Position numbers and translations under genes: made by a program. Shown piece after piece: positions 55,938 through 64,000 of a stretch of DNA of 64,000 nt (position 1 is its first letter; each line of letters opens with the position of its first letter). Location of the stretch: positions 299,949-363,948 of the forward strand of contig CAWIRP010000002.1 in assembly GCA_963838595.1 (NCBI GenBank), given 5' to 3'. Source of the DNA: an uncultured Alphaproteobacteria bacterium (GTDB taxonomy: Bacteria; Pseudomonadota; Alphaproteobacteria; Rhizobiales; Xanthobacteraceae). Below the pieces are notes generated by a model. That model made no database searches. It was not told where the DNA came from and saw nothing but the letters and a program-made list of their open reading frames with translations.

Positions 55938-57001
55938 CTACATCGTCCGGCGCGGCGCTTTCTCCAGCAGCTCCTGCAGCTGCTGCTTGTAGAATTTCGC
56001 GTTCGCGGTGGTGCCGTGGCCGCGGGTGTCGTCGCTCGCCGGGATCATGTACAGCTTGCCGTTCTTCACGCGCTTGATCTCGCGCTCCCTGATTCCGGTC
56101 TCCGACGGATTGCGCTCGTCGTCCATGGAGACGATCGCGAGCAGCGAAGCGGTGATGCGCTCCAGCCCGGGCGACGCGTTGTAGTCGCGCGACGAGTCGT
56201 ACTGGTAGAGGAAGTCGTTGGCGTCGGCCGGGCCCCGCGCCGCCAGCATCTCGTCGACCAGTTTGTCGGCCGCCTCGCGGGTCGGCGCGCGCTTCTGAAG
56301 CCGAAGCGTGCCGCCGTTGGTGGCGACATTGAAGAACACATTGGCGAGCCGCAGCGACTTCGGCTGCGTCGTGTAGTTGCCGCCGTTCCAGTCCGGATCG
56401 TTGCGGATCAGTTCGATCATCATGCGCCGCGTCATCCAGTTGCGGCCCGACACCTCGGTCGGCTGCGCCGCCATCGGCACCAGCGCGTCCATGAAATCGG
56501 GATACTTCACGCCCCACAGCCAGGTGTGCATGCCGCCCATCGAATTGCCGATGACCAGGCGCAGATGCTTGATGCCGAGACCTTCGGTCACCAGCCGATG
56601 ATGCGCGTCGATCATGTCGTCGTAGTTGTAGCGCGGAAACTTGGCGCGCAGGCCGTCCGACGGCTTCGACGATTTTCCGGCGCCGACGTTGTCCGGCAGG
56701 ATGATGAAGTACTTGGTCGCATCGAGCGGCTGGCCGGGGCCGAACAGCTCGCCCGCGAATGCCGGCGTCGAGGAAGCCGGCGCCCGATCCCGACGTGCCG
56801 TGCAGGATCAGCACCGGCTGCCCGGTCGGCTCGCCGATCGTCCGGTAGTGCAGGCGCAGCTCCGGCATCACCTCGCCGGTGTGGAACTGGAAATTCTTGG
56901 CGATGAAGGTGCCTTCCTTCGGCGCCGGATAATCCTGGGCAAAAGCCGAAAGCGCGATCATCGACAGGACAGCGCCAAGCAGCGCTTGACCCTATTTTCA
57001 T
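55938..57001 (-). CDS. Alpha/beta hydrolase, homoserine O-acetyltransferase (MetX)-like, with signal peptide, frameshifted
   Basis: LHGTSG, LFGPGQPLD, SSKPSDGLRAKFPRYNYDDM, GNSMGG, DANDFLY, DDERNP, GHGT. Confidence 0.85.
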
Positions 57002-57014
57002 GACAACCTCCTGG

Positions 57015-57413
57015 CTACTTTCCGCCCGCTTCCTTGTCGCGCAGCCCGTTGAGCAGCGCGCTGCCCTGGTTCGCCGGATAGAGCGCGCCGGTGGCGGACG
57101 CGAGCTCGACGATCTTGTGCAACTCCTCCCAGCTCGCGCCGGCCCTGCGCGCCGCCGCGGCGTGCGCCTGCGCGGCGATCTGGTTGTGCTCGACCAGCAG
57201 CATGCCGAACAGGATGAGCTGCGTGGTCTTCATGTCGAACACGTCGTTGTAGAACGCGCGGGCGCGCATCTGCTCCCACAGCCGCAGCGCTTCGGGATCG
57301 ACGTCGCCGGAAAACTCGAAGCGGCCGGCCGGCAGCGGCGGCAGCGTGCCGAACAGCTCGACGTAGCTGTCGCGGAATTTCTTGAGGTCGTCGGGCAGTT
57401 CTTTCTTGGCCAT
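57015..57413 (-). CDS. Carboxymuconolactone decarboxylase (CMD/AhpD-fold) family protein
   Basis: FDMKTTQLILFGML...AHAAAARRAGASWEEL; no CxxC. Confidence 0.75.
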   Translation of the reverse strand: MAKKELPDDLKKFRDSYVELFGTLPPLPAGRFEFSGDVDPEALRLWEQMRARAFYNDVFDMKTTQLILFGMLLVEHNQIAAQAHAAAARRAGASWEELHKIVELASATGALYPANQGSALLNGLRDKEAGGK

Positions 57414-58381
57414 TACTCAACCTTGATCTTGGCGTCGGTGATGATCTTGCGCCACTTCGGCTCTTCGTCCTTGATGAACTTCGTGAGCTGCTCCGGCGGC
57501 CCGGCGATCGACTGGAAATAGAACTTGTCGAGGAACGTCTTCTGGAACTCCGCCTCGGCGTGCATCGCGCGGATTTCGCCGTTGATCTTGGCCGTCACGT
57601 CGGCCGGCATGCCGGCCGGGCCGAACAGGCCGAACCACGACACCGCCTCGTAGCCCGGCACGCCGCTCTCCGACACCGTCGGAACGTCCGGCAGTTGCGG
57701 CATCCGCTTGGCCGAGCTGACCGCGATGAACTTCACCTTGTCGGCCTTCCATTGCGGCACCGCGGTGCCGACGCTGACGAACATCATCTGGATGTGGCCG
57801 GCGATGGTGTCGGTCAGCGCCGGCGTCGCGCCCTTGTAGTGCACCGCCTGGAACTTCGCGCCCGACATGTTCTGCAGCAGCTCCATGTTCATGTGGCCGC
57901 TCGAGCCGATGCCGAAGGTGCCGTAGTTGATCGTGCCCGGCTTCTCCTTCGACATCGCCAGCAGGTCCTTGACGCTGTTGACCGGCACGGACGGATTGGT
58001 GATCAGCGCGTGGTTGATGATCACCAGCCCGGTGATCGGCGTGAAGCTCTTCTCCGGGTCGTACGGCAGCTTGGGATAAAGGCTCGGGTTGGCGACGAAC
58101 GTGCCGTCCGGCCCGATGAACAGCGTGTGGCCGTCGGGCGCGGACTTCGAGACATATTCCGCCGCGATCGAGTTGTTGGCGCCGGGCCGGTTCTCGACCA
58201 CCGCCTGCTGACCCCACTTCTCGGTGAACCGCTGCGCGAGCTGGCGCGCCAGCGTGTCGGTCACGCCGCCCGGCGACGCCGGCACCACGATGGTGATGGT
58301 CTTGGAGGGATAGGTCTGCGCCGCGGCCGGGATCGGACCCGCCAGACAGCAAACAAGCAGCGCACTGAGCGTTTTCGTCAT
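57413..58381 (-). CDS. TctC/Bug binding protein (intact)
   Basis: QTYPSKTITIVVPASPGGVTDTLAR, VENRPGA, APDGHTL, HYKG, PTVSESG, WFGLFGP. Confidence 0.92.
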   Translation of the reverse strand: MTKTLSALLVCCLAGPIPAAAQTYPSKTITIVVPASPGGVTDTLARQLAQRFTEKWGQQAVVENRPGANNSIAAEYVSKSAPDGHTLFIGPDGTFVANPSLYPKLPYDPEKSFTPITGLVIINHALITNPSVPVNSVKDLLAMSKEKPGTINYGTFGIGSSGHMNMELLQNMSGAKFQAVHYKGATPALTDTIAGHIQMMFVSVGTAVPQWKADKVKFIAVSSAKRMPQLPDVPTVSESGVPGYEAVSWFGLFGPAGMPADVTAKINGEIRAMHAEAEFQKTFLDKFYFQSIAGPPEQLTKFIKDEEPKWRKIITDAKIKVE

Positions 58382-58535
58382 GTCCGACCTCCCTCTACCG
58401 CAACGCTTGTTGTTTCCGCCGAGTATCATGCATTTCCGCCCGGCTGCCTACGCCCCGGCTTGCTTGATCGCGCGGCGGCGGCGACCCTAGAGTGTCGCCG
58501 AAGAGACACGTTGCGCGTTGCCGGGAGTTGCGTGA

Positions 58536-59768
58536 ATGAGTGCCAACGGAAAACAGCCGCCGGTGCTGATCGTCGGCGGCGGCATCGGCGGGCTTGGCAC
58601 CGCGCTCGCGCTGTCGCGCAAGGGCATCCCCACCCACGTCATCGAGCAGGCGCACGAGTTCAAGGAGATCGGCGCCGGCATCCAGCTCGGCCCCAATGTG
58701 TTCCGCATGTTCGAGTTCCTCGGCCTGACCGCCGAGATGAACAAATGGGCGGTGTTTCCCGAAGGTCTGGAGATGCGGGACTCCATCACCGGCGAGACCT
58801 TCATCAATCTGCCGGTCGATCAGCGCTTCTACGACAAGTACCACGCGCCCTACGCGGTCATTCACCGCGCCGACATGCTCAATGTCATCTACGAGGCGTG
58901 CAAGAAATCCAATCTCATCACGCTGACGACGTCGCAGAAGGTCATCGGCTTCGACGAGACCGCAAACGGCGTCACCGCGCGCACCGAGAGCGGCCAGACC
59001 TTCACGGGCGCGGCGCTGGTCGGCTGCGACGGGCTGTGGTCGACCATCCGCCAGATCATCGTCGGCGACGGCAAGCCGGTGGTGTCCGGCCACATCGCCT
59101 ACCGCGCCGTGGTGCCGACGGACGACTGGCCGAAGGAGTACCGCATCAATCGGATGATCGTCTGGGCCGGCGAGAAGACCCATCTCGTCCACTACCCGAT
59201 GCGGCGCGGCGAGATGTTCAACCTCGTCGTCGTGTTCCACTCCGACCGCTACGAGGAAGGCTGGGACACCTACGGCGATCCCGAAGAGCTGCACAAGAAG
59301 TTCGCCGACAAGTGCGAACCGGTGCGCACGCTGCTGCAAAAGGTCGACGCCTGGAAGATGTGGGTGCTGTGCGACCGCCCGGCGATCAAGCAGTGGAGCA
59401 AGGGCCGCGTCACGCTGCTGGGCGACGCCGCGCACCCGATGCTGCAGTACCTCGCGCAGGGCGGCAACATGGCGCTGGAAGATGCGGTGTGCCTCGCCGA
59501 GCAGGTGGAGGCGAACGGCAACGACTACGAGGCGGCATTCAAGAAATACCAGGAGCTGCGCTATCTGCGCACCGCGCGCGTGCAGCTCATGGCGCGCGTG
59601 TTCGGCGAGATCTATCACGCCTCCGGCGTCAACCGCGAGCTGCGCAACCAGGTGATCGGCGACTGGACCGCGCAGGGCGGCGTCGACATGTCATGGCTTT
59701 ACGGCCACCAGCCGGGCTTGCCGCGCGTCGAGACGGTCGCGGTGCCGAAGACCCAGCTATCGTTCTGA
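58536..59768 (+). CDS. FAD monooxygenase, 3-hydroxybenzoate 6-hydroxylase-like
   Basis: VLIVGGGIGG, EIGAGIQLGPN, HRADM, GCDGLWS, SGHIAYR, HLVHYP, GDAAHPMLQYLAQG. Confidence 0.88.
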   Translation: MSANGKQPPVLIVGGGIGGLGTALALSRKGIPTHVIEQAHEFKEIGAGIQLGPNVFRMFEFLGLTAEMNKWAVFPEGLEMRDSITGETFINLPVDQRFYDKYHAPYAVIHRADMLNVIYEACKKSNLITLTTSQKVIGFDETANGVTARTESGQTFTGAALVGCDGLWSTIRQIIVGDGKPVVSGHIAYRAVVPTDDWPKEYRINRMIVWAGEKTHLVHYPMRRGEMFNLVVVFHSDRYEEGWDTYGDPEELHKKFADKCEPVRTLLQKVDAWKMWVLCDRPAIKQWSKGRVTLLGDAAHPMLQYLAQGGNMALEDAVCLAEQVEANGNDYEAAFKKYQELRYLRTARVQLMARVFGEIYHASGVNRELRNQVIGDWTAQGGVDMSWLYGHQPGLPRVETVAVPKTQLSF

Positions 59769-59800
59769 ATTTTCAAAATCGTAAGAGGGGAAACGCCGCC

Positions 59801-60518
59801 ATGGCCACGTTCGCCGAACTGATCGAAGACCTCGTCACCGCCAACCACATTCTCGCCAATGAAGGCATCGTCGACACGTTCGGCCACGTCAGCATCCGGC
59901 ATCCCGGACAATCCGAAGCGTTACCTGTTGTCGTGCTCGCGCGCGCCTGCCCGCGTCCAGGCCGACGACATCATGGAGTTCACGCTCGAAGGCGAGGCGG
60001 TCGACGCCAAGGGCCGCAAGCCATATGCCGAGCGCTTCATCCACGGCGCCGCCTATGAGGCGCGGCCCGACGTCATGTCGGTCATTCACAATCACAGCCC
60101 CGGCGTCATCCCGTTCGGCATCACGGGCAAGAAGCTGAAGCCGATCATGCACATCTGCGCGACGATCGGGCACGAGGTGCCGATCTGGGATCAGCGCACG
60201 AAATTCGGCGACACCGACATGCTGGTCACGAGCATGGCGATGGGCCGCGACCTCGCCAAGAAACTCGGCAAAGGCCGCACCTCGCTGATGCGCGGCCACG
60301 GCTGCGTGGTGGTCGGCCCGAGCATGCGGGCGACCGTCTTCACCGCCGTCTATCTCGAACTGAACGCCAAGCTGCAGATGCAGGCCGAGTCGATGGGCAA
60401 GGTGAAGTTCCTCTCCAAGGGCGAGGTGAGCAAGGTCATCGCCGCGACCAACGACCTCTGGCTCAACCGCGCCTGGCAGAACTGGTGCCTCGGCGTGGGC
60501 CGGACGTATCGCGACTAG
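59801..60518 (+). CDS. Class II aldolase/adducin-fold protein (decarboxylase-type), frameshifted
   Basis: DLVTANHILANEGIVDTFGHVSIRH, ERFIHG..YEARPDV..VIHNH, LMRGHG, RAWQNW. Confidence 0.87.
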
Positions 60519-60521
60519 CGC

Positions 60522-61343
60522 ATGATGTTCTCGACCATCATCGTCGAGACCATCGACCGCGTCGCGCGGATCACGCTCAATCGTCCGGAGCGCACCAACG
60601 CGCTCAACCAGGCGATGCTTGGCGAGATCGGCGAAGCGCTCGACGGCATCGAGCGCGACGCCAACATCCGCGCGGTGATCGTGCGCGGCGCGGGCGCCGC
60701 GTTCTCCTCCGGCTTCGACCTCAAGGAGCAGATGGAGCGCCGGCCGCAGGGCGTCGAGCAATGGCGGCCGATCCTGCGCAAGGATTTCGACACCATCATG
60801 CGGTTCTGGCATTGCCCGCTGCCGACCATCGCGGCGGTGCGCGGGCCGTGCCTCGCCGGCGCCTGCGAGCTGGCGCTGGCCTGCGACATCACCATCGCGG
60901 CGGACGACGCTTTCTTCGGCGAGCCGGAGCTGAAATTCGGCGCCGGCATCGTGGCGATGATCCTGCCCTGGATCGTCGGGCCGAAGGTGGCGAAGGAGAT
61001 CATCCTGACTGGCGAAGATCGCATTCCGGCGGCGCGCGCCAAGGAGATCGGCATGATCAACCGCATCGTGCCGGCGGCGGACCTCGACGACGCCGCGCTC
61101 TCGCTGGCGCGGCACATCGCGGCGATCGATCCCAATCTGGTCAAGGAAACCAAGCGCGCGATCAACCGCTCGCTGGAAGCGCAGAACATGCTGCAGGCGC
61201 TGGAAGAGGCGCTCGCCATCGATCTCGGCATCGAAGGTGCGGGCTCGCCGGACAAGGTCGAGTTCATGGAGATCGCGCGGCGCGACGGGTTGAAGGCCGC
61301 GCTGGCATGGCGCGACGCACGCTTCCCGAAGCGAGCGACATGA
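60522..61343 (+). CDS. Enoyl-CoA hydratase/isomerase (crotonase) family
   Basis: ITLNRPERTNAL, AFSSGFDL, PTIAAVRG.CLAGACELALACD, FGEPE. Confidence 0.9.
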   Translation: MMFSTIIVETIDRVARITLNRPERTNALNQAMLGEIGEALDGIERDANIRAVIVRGAGAAFSSGFDLKEQMERRPQGVEQWRPILRKDFDTIMRFWHCPLPTIAAVRGPCLAGACELALACDITIAADDAFFGEPELKFGAGIVAMILPWIVGPKVAKEIILTGEDRIPAARAKEIGMINRIVPAADLDDAALSLARHIAAIDPNLVKETKRAINRSLEAQNMLQALEEALAIDLGIEGAGSPDKVEFMEIARRDGLKAALAWRDARFPKRAT

Positions 61344-62722
61344 GCGGCGCGCTTGCGAGCATTCTTGCCGACGCATTGCCCAAGCTGCGCTGGGACATTG
61401 GAAGCGTCGGCGAGCCGGGCCTTGCACCGGCTGAAATTCTGGCGATCGGCGAACGTGTCGAAAAGGCGTTGCGCGCTCGCGGCACCGCTCCCGACGAACC
61501 CGTCATCGTCCGCATCGGAAACCGGCCGTCCGATCTCGGCTCGCTGCTTGGAGTTTGGCAGGCCGGAGCTGTTGCGGTCCCGCTCCACGTCAACGCAGCG
61601 GCTTCGACCGGTGCGGCGCTGATCAAAGCCACCGGCGCGCGTTATCTCATCGACGTCGACCGGGCTCGAGACATGTGCCGATGTCCCGCCGCCGGAGCGG
61701 CCTCTCCTGCGCGATGCCGCGCTGGTGATCTTCACCTCTGGCAGCACGGGCCAGCCGAAGGGCGTCGTCACCGGCCACCGGCGGCTCGCCGACAAGCTCG
61801 CCGTGCTCGACCGCCTGCTGCGCTTCAAGCCGGATGACGTGGTGCTGGTGCCGCTGCAGCTCACCTTCATCTTCGGCTTGTGGGTGGTGATGCTGGCGCT
61901 GCAAGCAGGCGCGAAGCCCGTGCTGGTGCCGCGCTTCACGGTCGACGCGCTCAAGCGCGGGCTCGATGCGGGCGCGACCATCCTTGGCGGCGTGCCGTCG
62001 ATGTATCGCACGATACTGGCCGACCCGACGTTCAGCGCACCAAGCCTGCGCATGATCCTGACCGGTGGCGAGGTGCTGCCAAAGCCGCTTGCGGTCGCGA
62101 TGCAGGCGATGTCGCCGCGCGCTGAGATTTTCGATCTGTATGGCCTGACCGAAACCGGATCGTGCGATTTCGTGCTCAAGCCGGCCGATCAGCCGGAAGG
62201 GCTCGGCAGCATCGGCGTCCCGACCGATCAGGTGAGCTATCGCATCGGCGATGACGGCGAACTGCAAATCCGCACGCCGTTCGGCATGCTGGGCTATCTC
62301 GACAATCCCGCCCTCACCGCGGATTCGTTCCACGGCGACTATTTCAAGACCGGCGATCTCGCGCGCATACAGACCGGACGGCCGCGTCGAACTGATCGGG
62401 CGCGCGAAGGACATCGTGTCGCGCGGCGGCATCAAGATCGCGCCGCTCGAAATCGACAATCTGCTCTGCGAGCATCCGGCCGTCGCCGCGGCGCTTTGTG
62501 CGCGGGCGTGCCCGACGAGCGATTGGGCGAGACGATCCACGCCGCGATCGTGAAGCGCAGCTGGCCTGCAGGTCGACGAAGCGGAGCTGCGCGCGTTCCT
62601 GCTCGCGCGCACCGAGCGCTTCAAAATTCCGGATGTCTTTTATTTCTGCGACGCCCTGCCCGCCGGACCGACCGGCAAGGCCGATCGCCGCGCGGTCGCG
62701 CAACTTCCACCGCAAGAGCTAG
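61340..62722 (+). CDS. Acyl-CoA synthetase / AMP-binding enzyme, frameshifted
   Basis: FTSGSTGQPKG, YGLTETG, FKTGDL, GRAKD..SRGG, LP.GPTGK; ATGA overlap with the crotonase. Confidence 0.87.
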
Positions 62723-62724
62723 TT

Positions 62725-63752
62725 CTACTGCGCGGCGTGAATGTCGCGCGCCGCGGCGACCGTCTGCAGCGTGACCGGAGGCTTCACGGCCGCGTGCCGG
62801 ACCGGACGCGGCAGCGGCAACGGAACCTCTTCGCTCAAGATCGCGTCAGACGCCAGGCCGCTTCAGCGGCAGGCTCAGTCGCGGCAGGCAGCGGCTGCGC
62901 CGACGATCCTGTCGTCACGCGAGGCGCCGGCATCGGCATCACGCGCGGCCACCCCTCGTTCGAGGCCGACGCCACCAACTGCGTCTCCGGCAACATCGGC
63001 CGCTCGCCCTCCGGAACGACATGCACGATCTTGAAGCCGCGCCGCTTCAACTCGGTCAGCAGCGTCGGCAGCATCAGCACCATGCGCGGCTGGATGTCGT
63101 GCAGCAGCAGCACGCCCTTGCCCTTCCGCTCCAGGCGCGACAGCGCGAGATGCAGCACCTGATTGGCGCTGATCTTGCGCCAGTCGTCCGCCAGCGTGTC
63201 CGAGCTCCACACCACCAGCGAACGCGACTTCAGATGCGCCTCGACGGCCGGCGTGCGCCCCAGTCCGGGAATGCGGAAATACGGCGCCAGCGCCTTGGCG
63301 TCGCCCAGCGCCGCGATCACCGACGCGATGCCGTCGTCGATCTCATCCTCGATGCGCGCGCCGGAAATGCGGTCGAACCGGATCGGATGGTTCTGGCTGT
63401 GCGTGCCGACGGTGTGGCCGGCGTTGTAGATGCGGCGCACCGTGGCGGGATTGGCCCGCGCCATCCGGCCGACCAGGAAGAACGTCGCCTTGACGCACTC
63501 CTTCGCCAGGATATCGAGCACGCGGTCGGAATACGGCGGCAGCGGCCCGTCGTCGAAGGTCAGCACCACCTCGCGATCGTTGAGCGGCAGGGTCTGCCGG
63601 TACTGCATCCGGCCGAGCCGGAAGTATTCGGACGGGCTGACCACCAGCTCGCGGCTGACGCCCAGCGCATCCGGATTGCCCGGACACGCCGGCTCCGCCG
63701 CGGCAGCGCTGCACGTGAGCGCCAACGCGACACCGAGAAGGATGCCTCGCAT
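62725..63752 (-). CDS. Secreted polysaccharide deacetylase (CE4/NodB), frameshifted near the C-terminus
   Basis: Signal peptide; LTFDDGP, ATFF, HSQNH, YFRIP, DW, LLHD; Pro-rich tail. Confidence 0.9.
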
Positions 63753-64000
63753 TCGCCAATTCCCCCGAACGGCAAATCACTTGCGGCAAGATAGCCATGC
63801 GCGGCGCACAGGCACCTGAAGCCTTGGTTCGCGGCGCAGTTGTGAACAGTTTTCTGCGCCTCCCGAGTGCGTCGAAATTGCCCAAGACCCATGCACGCAA
63901 CGACCAAGGTCTCGGCTTCCGAGCGGCCCGCTATGCCGGTATCGTCGATCCGCCGGCCTCGCTGAAATGGAGAAGCGTGATGAAAAAACTCTCAATTGGC

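Noticed and set aside
1-64000. Frameshifts in more than half of the genes, read as mass pseudogenisation or programmed frameshifting
   Set aside because: Single-base indels are spread evenly, including in eutBC, kup and msrB, with intact motifs on both sides and no obvious slippery sites. Long-read consensus error is the simplest explanation.
1-64000. Mobile elements, prophage, defence systems, tRNA or rRNA
   Set aside because: No transposase, integrase, phage, nuclease, toxin-antitoxin or structural RNA signatures were recognised.

Overview
High-GC chromosomal DNA. Gene content (expanded TctC/Bug family, EcfG-type promoters, DUF992, mdtAB-like efflux genes) points to an alphaproteobacterium, probably Hyphomicrobiales/Xanthobacteraceae-like. 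About 59 protein-coding genes are supported. More than half carry 1-bp indels, most likely uncorrected long-read errors, so many genes were stitched across frames and their ends are approximate. Most genes serve transport and catabolism: six TctC/Bug binding proteins with no tctAB, three ABC binding proteins, an RND efflux operon, two ThDP enzymes, two luciferase-like and two FAD monooxygenases, intradiol and extradiol dioxygenases, two class II aldolase-fold decarboxylases and a TarD-like enolase. Also present are eutBC, msrB, kup, a MetE-II enzyme and a DUF2126 transglutaminase. I found no rRNA, tRNA, CRISPR, transposase or phage genes. Main observations: (1) a stand-alone animal-type PAICS-like PurC-PurE(class II) fusion at 42678-43992; (2) a globin-coupled chemoreceptor whose proximal His and B10 Tyr are replaced, predicting a heme-less globin; (3) a duplicated ~80-nt structured element in a 305-bp convergent intergenic gap; (4) three sigma-EcfG-type promoters before poorly characterised genes; (5) a tctC 3' relic next to an inverted monooxygenase gene inside a tctC array. 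All family calls come from motif recognition by eye; no database search was run.
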